Shown here: piece by piece, positions 12,770 to 25,394 of the stretch
Layout of the letters: each line of letters starts with the position of its first letter
Position numbering within the stretch: the stretch's first letter is position 1
Assembly: GCA_053919585.1 (NCBI GenBank)
Contig: CM132808.1
DNA from: Euprymna scolopes
Lineage: Eukaryota
Strand: one strand, 5' to 3'
Length of the DNA stretch: 64,000 bases
Made by a program: the position numbers and the translations under genes
The notes under the pieces: model-generated
Seen by the model: the letters and a program-made list of their open reading frames with translations, nothing else
The model's database searches: none
What the model was told of the DNA's origin: nothing

Positions 12770-13581
12770 CAGAATTGTGTGTGAGAGTTCGTTCTCAATG
12801 GACTCGGGAACGGCTGGGTCGATATTTTCATTTTAATTTCAAATGAATGTACTTGATATGTCTGGGAGTGTTCTTACATTGGTTTTGCATCGAAATGTGC
12901 CTGATAAGTATTGAAAATCGGAAGAAGAAAAAAAACGATTAAAAAAAGAAGTCTGATTTTGTCGAAAATTAACACTTTTATACAACTTAACATCACAAAT
13001 GCATTAGAGAAATTTTTTCACCGCACAAGCAGAGAGGCCCTACTTATAAAATCAATTGTAGTTTCTTTCATAAGATAGTTTCTTTTCAGGCCATAATTGA
13101 ACCATGGTACTTGACTTTTGTGCGTTTAACTTTAATTCAAGTAATTATTTAAAAATAATTTCATAAGATAAACAGTTTTTATTTTTGATAAAACGGGGAC
13201 GCGTTCGAAATGAATGTTTCTGTTTAGAGCCCAATGGAATCATGATACTTGACTTTTGCATTTTAAACTTTAATTCAAGCCATTATTTACAGATAATTTG
13301 ATAAAATCAACAGTAGATTCTTTATAGTGCAATGTAGAATACAAGGTAATGTGGACTAAGTCACTGTGGGGAGGCATATGAAAATTTCCTCCGGCAGGGG
13401 ATGGGTCCCTAACTAGAGTAGGTAATCAATCGATTTGATTAAGAAAGAAAAAAGAAAGGGAGGGATAATTTCATAGAGTTCGATGAGAACAATGTATGGG
13501 AGGGTAGAACATTTGTTGATCCTCATTCCATTTCGGACAATGTTGTGTTTCCTGCATATATAATATATTTATATATATATT

Positions 13582-13621
<40 letters not shown>

Positions 13622-13629
13622 CTTGTTTT

Positions 13630-14060
13630 GTGAGGAGGGCGGCTAGTCTCCCTGAAGGATTAAAAACAAGACCTTTCAAAGGGCGAATGAACCCTTTTTC
13701 GAGGTTAATGGCCAACTACCACCGTGTATATTTGTGTGTATGTATGTATGTTGGGGTAGAGAGGGCTCCCGTAAGCCGTGGTGAAGGCAACCTTTCTAGG
13801 AGAAGCAAATCTCTGATTTAAAAAAAACATAAAGTGGGAGACCAGTAACCGCATTAAACTGGTCTGCAGTTTAATTTGTTGCTGGCTATCTTGCTCTTGC
13901 TTGTTGCTGGATCTCAACATTTTGAACCGAGAGAGAGATTTAGCTGTCGTACAAAGCTAAGACTCTGTAACATCATCTTTGATAGATATTCCCTCAGGCA
14001 TTTGGGCTCATGGACTTTAAATGTCCGAGGGAGTAGCACTCGTCTGGCAAGACGTTGCAA
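13630..14060 (+). mobile_element. RTE-like LINE 5' UTR and endonuclease start remnant
   Basis: gaaggcaacctttctaggagaagcaaatctctgatttaaa resembles RTE 5' UTRs; LGSWTLNVRG resembles the AP-endonuclease start motif (xGTWNVR). Confidence 0.4.
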
Positions 14061-14564
14061 TCATCATATATCAAATTTTAGTCATTCAAAGAATTTAAAA
14101 ATTTATGACATGAAATATTAGAGTTTCAAATCAAAAGATTTTTTATTATTCTATGTAAGACAAAAGAATACATTTGAAATATTTTAACTCCTTATCCTAT
14201 AGGATTTGGATGTCTGCCATCTCTTCAGAGGAGAAAATATTAGCAAATAGTTATAATGGTTTACACCTTATTTGCTAAAGTCAGTGAGACATGGAAAATC
14301 ACAATTAAAAATTGATTGAGTAATTAAAAGTCATAAAGTAAGGGAAGTTAAAGAAAAGGATATAAAAGTTAATATCCAGATTGCATGGTAAAATCCGAAG
14401 TGGATGTATTTGAAAGCAGTGTGGTAAATGATCTAAATTGTATTTTGGATAATCCACATCACAATGTAATGATCTGAATTAGGCATTTTCCTGGAGCAAT
14501 TTTCCTTTGTTTATATAATGGGTCCGGTAAAAAAGTTTATTCTGAAGTATATTTATATACATAC

Positions 14565-14632
<68 letters not shown>

Positions 14633-15092
14633 TCAAACCCTACTTTGTTTGAATATATGGTTAAGTGTTAGTTTTACTCATTTAGAACTGCTTTAAAGCT
14701 TCACTCATTTTACAACCAAATTTCAAACAATTTTTACAGTTCATAGGTCATCTTTTCAGTTATATTTAAAAAAAATATTTTTTTCAATTTTCGTTCAGTA
14801 AAACAAAAGTTATAATAAAATTACTATGTTAAAAAATTCTCAGAATGGGTAAGGAACGTAGCGACGTTTTTTTTATGATTGGCTGTTGGTTACTATAGCA
14901 ACCAAATCTGTTACACTACCTCAAATCGACTGGGAACGGTGTAGATGATGACATAACAGGATATAAAAAAAACTGTCGCTAATAATTCATCGTTGTTCTG
15001 TACTGTCGCTAATAATTCACAGGTAACAAGTGAAACAGAGAGAAAATATTATTTCCAAGCTAAGCCTGGAAAAATCATGGATTACATAGAAA

Positions 15093-15399
15093 AATGCGAG
15101 CATGAAAAGTAATATGGTTAAGACTAAACATGGCAAAGTAAAAGGACTAGTTGTTAAAACTGAAAAAGAAAAAAAGATATTCTAGAAAAAAATATCATAA
15201 ATTTATAACTTAAAATATTGCAGCATTAAGAATTGATTATATAATGTTATATTGCATTTTTAAAAACATTCCTTATGCTGCAATATTTTAAGTTATAAAT
15301 TTATATTTTTTACTAGATTATCTTATCTTTTCCAGTTTTAACAACTAGTCCTTTTACCTTTCCACGTTTAATCCTAACCATATTACTTTTCATGCTTGC

Positions 15400-15402
<3 letters not shown>
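15093..15402. repeat. Long fold-back inverted repeat (~140-bp arms), MITE-like
   Basis: gcatgaaaagtaatatggtta...ataaatttataacttaaaatattgcagcat is mirrored by atgctgcaatattttaagttataaattta...taaccatattacttttcatgc. Confidence 0.9.
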
Positions 15403-15453
<51 letters not shown>

Positions 15454-15637
15454 CACACACACACATATATGGTATATCTTTTTTTTTTCTTAATTTTTTT
15501 AACACTTTTCATGGAAATTTTTAGTTTTAATCTATGTTCTAAATAGGAAAATTTGATTGTCTATTTATATATTAGTACTGTGGTACCTCTAAAATACTAC
15601 GTACGTGTGTCACAGTTCCCAGATTATAAATTACTTC

Positions 15638-15781
15638 ATTGGGAGATCCTATTTATTAAAAAAGGGGATAGAAGGTGATAACATACTATGAACATTAAAT
15701 TAGTATATAGATATGCTAATTTAATGTTCATAGTATGTTGTCACCTTGTATTTTCCTTTTTAATAAATAGGATCTCCCAAT
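15638..15781. repeat. Near-perfect palindrome (~70-bp arms), MITE-like
   Basis: attgggagatcctatttattaaaaa...acatactatgaacattaaattag is mirrored by ctaatttaatgttcatagtatgt...tttttaataaataggatctcccaat. Confidence 0.9.
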
Positions 15782-16169
15782 TATCAATTTTATTTAAACT
15801 TCGAAAAATTGACTTCTGAAATCCCTCTTCGCTTCTCAGTTCTCACGTCCATCCTTATCACTTCCTCCCATGTTTTCCTTGACCTCTGTGAACTAAACCT
15901 GCTACCTTAACTGTTCTATATCTATTGACCAAAGAACTATCATCAATTCTTTTAATGTGACTATCCCACTAAAGTCTCCTGCTCTGTAGACATCTCCCTA
16001 TTAGTAATTCGCATTTTGAGTGTCACCTGCACTGAACCTCCAGAAGACTGTAATTACAATTGAATTTTATTTATTTCTTTTTTCTTTTTTTTCTTTGAAG
16101 ATTATAATGCTGGGTGTGGGGTAGCCAAATCAGCTGCCAACATTGCTCTGCTTTTTATTGAAATCAGCC

Positions 16170-16470
16170 GAGAGCTCTTTTTAGTATCCTTATTATTCTC
16201 TTAAGTGCAATTGTCTGGATCTCTTTTGCACTTGGTTTATCAGGATAGATAGAACTTCAGGTTCTTCTTCATAAGCCCTGTGGCACCTATAATAATTGGT
16301 ATGATTGATATCTCCCAAAGATCCCAATTTCTTTTCATATTATACATGAGACATTGATATTTGGTCTGTTTCTCGCTTCCTGCTCTGTTCAGACCTCCAT
16401 CGTTAGGGTCACTCACTCCAACCAAGGTTGCCACTCTCTCTCACTTATTCTATATAACTATGTCAGGTTC
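16170..16470 (-). mobile_element. C-terminal restriction-like (REL, PD-D/ExK) endonuclease remnant of an R2/R4/NeSL-type non-LTR retrotransposon
   Basis: Minus strand reads PDIVI*NK*ERVATLVGVSDPND...EKQTKYQCLMYNMKRNWDLWEISIIPIIIGATG...IQTIALKRIIRILKRAL, matching the RPD...D(V/I)xxP...KxxKY...PxxxGxxG pattern. Confidence 0.75.
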
Positions 16471-16472
16471 TA

Positions 16473-17160
16473 GTCCTGGGTATGACGTAAAACTACATCC
16501 GGCAACGAGACCCTGGTGCAGGAGCTCCAAGGTTTTGGGGAGAATATCATTACTCCTTCATCGTTGCAATGCTTGGTCACCCTTGGGCAAGGTGTAGTAC
16601 CCACTAGCCCCCCCCCCTTTCCCTATTTAGGGTCGTCACAAAAATCCAAGCCTGGTCAACGATGCTCTGGGTGGATGAGGAAGGAATCCCAATTCACAGC
16701 AGATGAACCAGCACCACAGTGCCGACACGGTCAACAAGGGTGATGTACAACTCGACTCGGGTCTGCCTCAGCCATCGGATGCGGCTGATTGCATGTGTGC
16801 AGACTGTCCTGGCCCATACTTGCCTCTGTACTTTTGCTTTCAGCGGAGAGGGTGCTAGCAGTACTGGGCAAGCTGCTTATTCCTACTTTGCCTAGGCTGG
16901 GAGGGAGATGGAGTGCAGGCGTACCGGCAGGTTTGATGCACGACTATGGGCACCACTACCCAGATTTCCTGCCTTTAGGTGTCACATCTGTGGCCAGGGT
17001 TTCAGAGCTTTGATCGGACTCCCATCGCACCTTCGACACGGACACTAACCGACCTCCGCGTCATCGTCGAAATCGACAGACTGCCCGAGAGAGAGAGAGA
17101 TGTCAGGTCTGACAGCAGCATTTTCAAGGTAGGTGGCTGTAGGGATTACATGGTCGTAAT
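16473..17160 (+). mobile_element. 5' portion of an RTE-like LINE whose head is homologous to the (CAAC)n-tailed retroposon family
   Basis: gtcctgggtatgacgtaaaactacatcc...gtagtacccactag aligns with gtcctggatatgaccttaaactatatcc...gtagtacctgttag of the 32111/37838/42194 elements. Downstream RTLTDLRVIV...SSIFKVGG weakly resembles an RTE endonuclease N-terminus. Confidence 0.4.
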
Positions 17161-18782
17161 TTATGGTATATAAGTCATTTCCAACTATTCTTTCAGGTTG
17201 ATGTTCCCAGGACTTGCTGCTACATTGGATGTTTAATTTTTAGCAAGTACTTTATCCACTATGACACTCAAAATACGACAACTATCAAAAATTTGTGACC
17301 AGAGAGAGAATATTTTTGTTAGCCTAGGACACTGGTATCATAATGAATGATCTTATATTGCCCCCTCACTCTCTAAAAGGAGGAGGTAATATGGGAGAAT
17401 GCTATTATAACAAACGAAAGGATATGACACTATTTTCTCTTCATATGCTGTTCAGATTTAATTTTACTCCAACATCATCAGATTTAAGCCTGTCTTTAAG
17501 ACTTGCATTACACATCCATTGTATCATTTTCATATCATTTCTCTACATGCAACACATGTCCTCAACCCTTATTTGTCAGGTTTCGTTTCTATACAGCATA
17601 CACATGCTTGAGAGACTCTTCCCTTGGTTGACAATCGTAATGACAGAAGATCCCCGAACTTCTTGAAATCACACTAGTACCTGCTCCATCCTGGGCTCCA
17701 ATCGTATCATAATCGGAAAAAATGTTTTTAAAGAATCAGCCAACCCTAACTCTAATCTACACAGACTACATGCCGGTATTTGAGGACAGATTTATTACGT
17801 GCACAAGAATAAGGACTTCAGTTTACAAAGCTTGGCCTTTGTGCTTGGATAAACATGCAATATCTGTTTGGTCCTCAGTCAGTCATATCCTAATCAACAG
17901 AGGCAATTTTTACTTTTTGTTTTATCGAGGTTGCCTCAACACTTGCTGACCAGCTTTCACTTCCATGCATTATCGCACTACATACAGGCTCCTATACATC
18001 ATCGCACTACGTGATAGGCTCTTCCCTTGGTTGACGGTGGTAACTCTCTACTGGTTAGTAATGACTAAAAATTCCCTAAGCTTACTTCATGCTCCCCTAA
18101 TTTCTGCAATCATATTAATCAAAATATCATATGTGCAAAAAAAAAAAAAAAAAAAAAATTACTTCAGTTGGAAAAGTTTAGCCTATTTTCTTTTTTCTTT
18201 CTTTTTTTTTTATCTTGCAGGACACCATCCATCCATCTATCCATCCCCATATTTTTGATGTTGCCACTGAACTCCCACTCTTATTTAGGGACTGATCTGC
18301 TTGTTTTCGATTGACCTAGAAAACAGTGATCAGTTTGACACTTAGCAGAGGGTTGGGAGGACCTAACTAACCTACTCCATTAGCATTTTGTTGGATTCTT
18401 TATTTTTCATTCTACTTTTGGGTGTTTTTAGATCTTCCATCATTACTCATGTATGTTTATTTGTTTGTAAATAAAATTTCATCGAAACCATTGGGGATCT
18501 TTTAAGTAGATTTGAAACTATGAAGTGAATACGGTATTTTGGGAAAAGAATCTAGCCTAAGAGTAAGCAAAAGATTTTGCTGTCAAAATAGAATCACACC
18601 CAACCCTTCTTCCATCCTTGGAAATCAAACAGGACGTAATGGTTGAACTAAATAAAGATATTGTAATTTTTTATTTGACTAAATAAATTGGCCTTACGGC
18701 TTGGATTTTCTTCTGAATACATAAATAAATAAAATTTTATAAAAACCGTTGGCTTTTATAAAATTTTACTTTTTTTACAAAG

Positions 18783-18829
<47 letters not shown>

Positions 18830-18838
<9 letters not shown>

Positions 18839-19693
18839 GAAAGTGTCTGTGTGTGTGTGTACATTTCCCTACACAATAACTCTGTCAATTTTCAGTCTAC
18901 AGACTGGAAATTTGATATACAGGGTACTGAGATTTGGGAAAATCTTTGTAATTCGTTTTCGGCCAGAAATTTGGCTGTTAAGGGGTCAAAGTTCAACGAT
19001 TTGACCTTTGAGAACTCTACCAAACTCCTCCGACAATTTTGGGTATAAACAATTGAAATTTTAGATATAGGTTCCTTGGACATGGATCTAACTTAATAAC
19101 TTGATTTGAGCCCAAAACAGTAAATGTTAAGGGGTCATAATAGGGTCAAAGTGAAAAAAAAAATTTGACCTCTGCCATCTCTACCAAATTACTCAGACAA
19201 TTTCTGGTCTAAACATTTGAAATTTGACATAAAGGGTATTCAGAGATAGGGCAAGCTTTTTAATCAGTTTGTGTCGAAAATTTGAGCTACTAATATATAA
19301 ATGTATGTTTGCATGTCTGCCTAAAACCTTCGACAGAGGCGACAGATTTTCACAAGATCAGTATCGTTTTGAAGCCTGACACTTCAGACAACAAATACCG
19401 AAAAATTGGCTAAAAACACTTTCTTCACCCTCAACTGGGCACTTTTCTACAGGGAGGGGTCGCTTTTTTCGCCAATATTTTCGAAAGGCATTCCCTCTTT
19501 TCGATTGTCTAGCCTTAATTTAAACCTACGTCACTTCTGGTTTGGTGGTGGTCGTAACAGCAAAAACATCACATTCTTTTCCTCCTTTGCGGTACAGGTT
19601 CGAGCCTGCCTTCCTACTACAATTTCTTTTTTTTTTTTTTTTTGCTCAACACACACATCCAGGCACATCAGGCAACACCGGGCACCCATGCTA

Positions 19694-19694
<1 letters not shown>
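18830..19694 (+). mobile_element. Non-autonomous Helitron-like element
   Basis: Starts in a (TA)n tract with tataaagtgaaagtgtctg and ends caggcaacaccgggcacccatgCTAG|t; close paralogues at 36173-37058 and 45117-45518. Confidence 0.8.
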
Positions 19695-19735
<41 letters not shown>

Positions 19736-20106
19736 TAATAAAATAGATATGTGTGAATGTGATATGGTGAATGAGAACTCTGGCTAGGATTAGCTTAATC
19801 AATAAAGGTACAGTAACAAGGATGATCGTAGACCCCACCTTCCCCATTTTTTGATTGGCCTTGTGTCTAATTTTGTTTTGTTTACTTTGTATTCACGAAA
19901 TAAAATATATAACTCAAAGTGCAGTATTTGTTCGATCCTCAGAGGATGAAAGATGCTTACCGGCAAAGGCAATGTTGATTTTCTTTCGATCTAGAATGCC
20001 ACTGGATATCTCATACATTAAAAATCAATGTTATGCCTAACTTTGCCCTAGCGCAAGTAAATAGTAACCTTTAGAAACAGACAATGTCTTAATTTCATTT
20101 TGATCA

Positions 20107-20911
20107 AAGGTTGTAACGATAAAAATGTCGCCCTAAAGAAAACAGCACTACAGCTTTTATTTTAAAATTTTTATTGAAAAAAATCAATTCAGGTAACTTG
20201 ATTATGTAGTAGAGCTGACATCTATCACTTGTAGTTGCCTACAGCCTCAACACGGGTCTGAACCTGGGAGCATGCCTTTTCCACAAATGCTGGTAAGAGT
20301 TTGGCGAATACCCGGCAGATAGCGGCGATCATGCTTGCTTTGTTGTGGGGAAGGAAGTGGGGGGGGGTGAGAGAAGGGTACACAGTTGTAGCACTCCTTC
20401 TGAAGCCAAGCCTGGGTCTCTTTGGACTTGTGGACCGGCACCAAGTCCTACTGTCACACCCAAGATCTGCCAGCAGCTGCTTAATTGCACCAGGAGATCA
20501 CCATACTCTTCAGCATACCCAGGTACACTTTGGTGTTGTCTTTCAAGCTGACTTCAAAGATGTGAGGTGGCATGATTTGGCCCACACTTGCAACCACACG
20601 AAAGATCATAACTATCGCCGGAAACTTTGTTTTCATCACCCTGGGCACGTCCCAGTTATTTTTTGCAATCCAACGATGCATTTTGAGGGTGCTGGCAATG
20701 GTTCTGTTGTCATAAGTTGGATCAGTAGAGAGGATGAGTTGTACAGCGGTGCATCTCCGATCTCGCTCTTTGAACATTGTGTAACTTTTAGACATGATAG
20801 AAATCTTGGGATTTGTACACAGCTGACCAACTAGTAGATGGTCTGCAACAAACGGAAATGGAATCATGTCTTTCTTTCTTTCTAGGGCGACAATTTTATC
20901 GTTCCACCCTG
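20107..20911 (-). mobile_element. Internally deleted Tc1/mariner-superfamily transposon with both TIRs
   Basis: Minus-strand VPRVMKTKFPAIVMIFRVVASVGQIMPPHIFEVSLKDNTKVYLGMLKSMVISWC and PVHKSKETQAWLQKEC...HPPP (transposase catalytic region). 29-bp TIRs aaggttgtaacgataaaaatgtcgcccta / tagggcgacaattttatcgttccaccctg (25/29); TA follows the right TIR. Confidence 0.85.
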
Positions 20912-21089
20912 TAATAGATAATTTATTAAATCGTATTGGAACAATACCTGGTGGTGTGGGCCGGGAAGCAGATTAGATGAACAAAAATTAATATTTTACT
21001 CATAGATAAAGGAAGGGAGTGAATTAGGGGTTCATACCATTCCTAGTGCTACAATACAAGTAGTGACAATTACTTATGGATTAGATTAG

Positions 21090-21150
<61 letters not shown>

Positions 21151-21852
21151 CGATTATTACATGATAATTATAAAATCGAATCCGAAGCCATTAATGGTGG
21201 AGTGAGTTGGGCTGGGGAGCAGAAGCCGAAAAGTTGGATTCTTTTAAATTAAAATCAGATTTTAAAGGATTTTATTTATGTATTCCTAGGAGGTTTTTAC
21301 TCAGGATTAATTTCACAATTATTATATAAATGGATTTAAAAAAAAAAAAAAATTCTTTTTCTTTTTGGTTGTTTTTATTTGTCTATCCTAAAGTAAGGAT
21401 AATCTGTTTTTGGATCCGAGATGACAGAAAACAGAGAGTGGAATTACTTACTTAATTACTTATTTGCTTAGCGAAAGGGCAGATGCGCACTCGACACGTG
21501 TACACCCTCAGAGCATTTTGGTAGATAATAATAATAAATAAAAAATTAAAAAAACAAAAAACAAAAAACAAAAAAAAAAAACAACCCTCACCACCGCCAG
21601 CCCCTCTTTTTAGCTTTTGTAATGGTATCATAGGTGCTAATTTAACTGACACTTAATTACCTATTGTCCCGCATTTGATAGATAATAATGCATTGACAAT
21701 GCATTTACATAAAGCGGGGGGGGGCAATGTGCAATAAATAAAGGATATAATTGCAAGGATTTCGACATCAATTCAACAATAATACTTATGATGGATTTAC
21801 GCAAGTAAGCTTTTATTATCTTCCTGCTCATTTACATCTAATCGCACACAAC

Positions 21853-21915
<63 letters not shown>

Positions 21916-22099
21916 CTTACACACATTAATAAGAGATTTTGCTAAGCTGATTTAATTTGAAAAACTAAAAAGCATCTAAAATTTTGTGAAAGAAAAAAAA
22001 TGTAAGCCGATATATGAAATGTATCCATTTCACTCTATATCTAAAGATATGAACAAATGGAAGTGTAGCACCAGAACTGATACTACACTTTGATCTCAG

Positions 22100-22345
22100 T
22101 CAATGATAGATATTGACTTGCTGCCCACCTCAGCAAGGTCGGAAAGTGGGGATGTCAAGCCAGCACCTCTAAAGGAGGGAGTACTCTGGCCTATCGAAAA
22201 TTGCCTTACCATCCCCATCAGCATTTCCCAGTAGAGGCGCCTCAGGCAACAAGCGATAAACTTGCACGAAAGCTGAGTGGCAAGGCCTGGGAAGATGAAC
22301 CTCCTAGGTAATACCCAGGCAGTGTACCTCACCTGTCAGGCTGAT
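22100..22345. mobile_element. Old dispersed repeat, probably LINE 5' UTR-derived; inverted paralogue at ~58590-58800
   Basis: Shared ttgcctgaggcgcc(c/t)ctac core and flanking similarity. Confidence 0.4.
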
Positions 22346-22606
22346 TGTCAAGAATGGATTCTGGACTGGTACTTTCTATCCAAGTTTCCAAACAACCGAA
22401 GCAGCAAAAAGGCCAACTCGACACACAATTAAAATAATTAGAGGCCGATGATATATTACATAATATTATAATATAGATGAAAGATGAAACATTAGCTTTG
22501 AGCCCTTGAAGGGGCATAGGCCATCCACAACTTTGTAGATGCTTTTGTAGCAAGTTCTTTTTTCGCGGTGAGGGTGCTGGCCCAACGTCTAACTTTTCCA
22601 GAAGGT

Positions 22607-22720
22607 ACATACAGCGCCTAGCCTTCCCAAATGGTCACCCATCTAGTACTAGTCAGGCTCAACGTTGCTTAACTTTGGTGATCTGGCGAGAACTGGTATA
22701 TCAACGCGATTGTGCCATAC
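22607..22720 (-). pseudogene. 5S rRNA pseudogene / 5S-derived retrocopy
   Basis: Minus strand gtatggcacaatcgcgttgatataccagttctcgccagatcaccaaagttaagcaacgttgagcctgactagtactagatgggtgaccatttgggaaggctaggcgctgtatgt follows the 5S consensus with CpG decay. Confidence 0.9.
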
Positions 22721-22924
22721 TCCAATATTATAATATTAATTTATATTATTAAAAGGTATGAAACTTTTAATTTCCACCACCCTTTAGCTCCTTACATCAA
22801 GTGGCTTAATGCCTTGTCTGGAGCGATTTCCATAAAAAAAGTGAAGCATGCATGGTCCCTCGTGAGTGCACAGTGAACGAGCCATAAAAATAATGACTAA
22901 GTTCAGCAGTGCCCCCCTCCCTCC

Positions 22925-23510
22925 ATTTAACCCCCAAAGTCCCCAGGGAACGTCAAATCCTGGTGAAAATAAACAAACGGTACTGTTTTATGCCTTAACA
23001 TTTGTAAATTTGAGTTCAGCACCATGCAAAAATAGAAATAACTAAGTCCATCATTTGCACCCCCGCCCCATTTAGCCCCAAAGGTCCCCAAGGCCTTAAC
23101 ATATTTAAATTTGAGTTCAGCACCATGAAAAACTGCTAAATAAACATACACAGAAAATTTTGGACGAATATGGTGAAATAGTCCCGAAAATTGAGTGTTT
23201 TTATTAGCCCTAAAAGAGCCCTTGGCGCATATCCAAGAGTTATCATGAAGTATGAACAAAAAGAAATCATACAGAAATCAGTTAGTTATAACTTTTCAGA
23301 AAGTTTTATAAAAATCCGAGGCATCAATTTTAATAAGCACAAATGTGTCAATTTTAGCCATTTTAACCCGAAAGGCACCCCTGGGGGTTTAATGTTTGTG
23401 CAAAATTTCAAAAAAATCCCAAGACGTTGTTATTGGAAAAAATGCGAACAGATGAACGGACAAGGGTGAATTTACAGGTCCACCCTCCTTTTATCGGGGG
23501 GGGGGGATAA
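22925..23510 (+). mobile_element. Possible non-autonomous Helentron/DINE-like element
   Basis: Internal direct repeat (aaatttgagttcagcaccatg x2), a gaacagatgaacggac tract and a terminal ccctcc...ggggg stem; pattern recognition only. Confidence 0.3.
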
Positions 23511-24655
23511 CATAAAAAAAGGGGTCAGATCAGTTTAAAAAAAAAAACAAAGATATGAGTCAAGATGATAGGAAAACAATTTTTGTTTTTTCCATTTTTA
23601 AATCAGCCTGTCTTTGGCAATATCACCAATACTGCAAGTTGTCTGTGGGAGTCAGTACGAGAGATACCACTGACAATAATACAGAAAACTTTGATAATCG
23701 CTAAGTGCAAAATGTTACCCTCGATATCTCCATCCGCATGTCACTATTTCAGTGAAGAAGTTAACTAAATAATTATCTCTTATTATTACGCTATAATATA
23801 TTTTAAGCACTATGGAAATACTGGAAACTATCCCCTAAATATATTTTGAGATTATTTTCGTAATCCGAGTATGACGGATAACAGAGAAAATGATAGGGGG
23901 AAAACAATCCAACAACGGATAGGAAAACAATTGGACTTAATAAAAGATAGAAGGCGAGCAGAGAAATTTAACAATGGAGCCAGCAAGTCATCGTGTTATC
24001 TTTTTAAATTTTGTTCTTTTTATAGGCTAGACAGAGGAGTTAATTCTCCTGATTTAGCTTCTTTATTACAATAATGATCTAGAAAGAGGTTGATATGCAA
24101 CAAAACTGACAAAACAAGCGAAAAATGACCAAATATTTTTTAAACTATATTAAAAAAGACTGGCTCAAGATCATGATAAGTGGCTAAATTTAGTTTTCAA
24201 GCTTTTTGAAGTATACAAATAAGTTAAGTACTAAAAATGAGCAAGTCAAGGTCACACCTGATGCCCATGGTTATACGAATATATCGTCTGGCAATTTAAC
24301 GGATGTTGAAATTTCTCTAATTTGAAAAAAACAAAAGCAAGCAATAAGATAAATTAAGACAAATGAATTTTTAAAAATAGTCAAGATAATTACAATTATT
24401 TTAATTATACTACAAAAAATAAAATAAATTTGGGGGAGAAAAAGAGAATGCATTTAAAATAATCGTATACCATCTGGTCTACAAAAAAATAGAGTGTGCC
24501 TTTCTGTTTGGCTGCTACAGATTTAGAAATTACTCTTAGGACTTCAACCACACTTGGTATACAGAAAGCCGATGTGAAGTAATCTAGGTCAACTGTAAAG
24601 GTCACAAAAATCAAATTAATGTTATTTTCTATTGAAGTGGTATCCCAATCAAAGT

Positions 24656-24690
<35 letters not shown>

Positions 24691-24874
24691 TAGAATGACC
24701 ATAAAAATCCGAATAAATCTTAGTTTTATGATAATTTCTTTTTACTCAGATTCAACAAAAACAGGGATATTGCCAATCGGACATAAGGGGCTACCATTTG
24801 GGATCATGTCTTGAGGGGATTATGTAGGGATTTGAGCAACTAGATGTCTGTCTGCATTATATTTTAATTTCTGC

Positions 24875-25090
24875 AGGTTGTTACATTCAAGGAAGCAGGA
24901 AACAGAAAAGGAAATTCCAAAGTCTAGCAGTTCAAGTGAAGAAACTATGAGAGTAGAAATCTTTCTGGCATCTGGGGTTCTCAACAGTGAAGAGGTGGGA
25001 TTTTGCTGTTTGTCGGGGGGCGGGGGTATTTACATCGAGGGGTGGGGGGCACAACTGCTACGAGTTTGTCAGAGCAGACTCCATTAAATT
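24875..25090 (-). mobile_element. LINE ORF2 3' fragment (same family as 46120-46750)
   Basis: ggaattccaaagtctagcag...gaagaaactatgagagtagaa-like sequence is the reverse of the FYSNSFFPRAARLWNSLP region. Confidence 0.7.
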
Positions 25091-25394
25091 AAACATAGAG
25101 AAAAAAAAATGAAATAATATTAATGCAAAAAAGAAATATAAATTACTAGAAAGGAAACAATGTTTATCCAATGCAGGAAATCATATGTTAAAAGTTAGAA
25201 AAAGACCCCTACAAAAAAAAAAGATATAGCAAAAATATCGTCAAGTTTTGATATTGTGAATACAACAATGTCTCACTTTTGCTTTCAATGCTGTTCTATC
25301 AGTCAGGGTGCATGCTGTTGTATCACTTCTGATGCACTCATGCTAGATATTGTTTTTTTTTTTTTTTGGGGGGGGGGGGGTCCCATAGGAGTCC

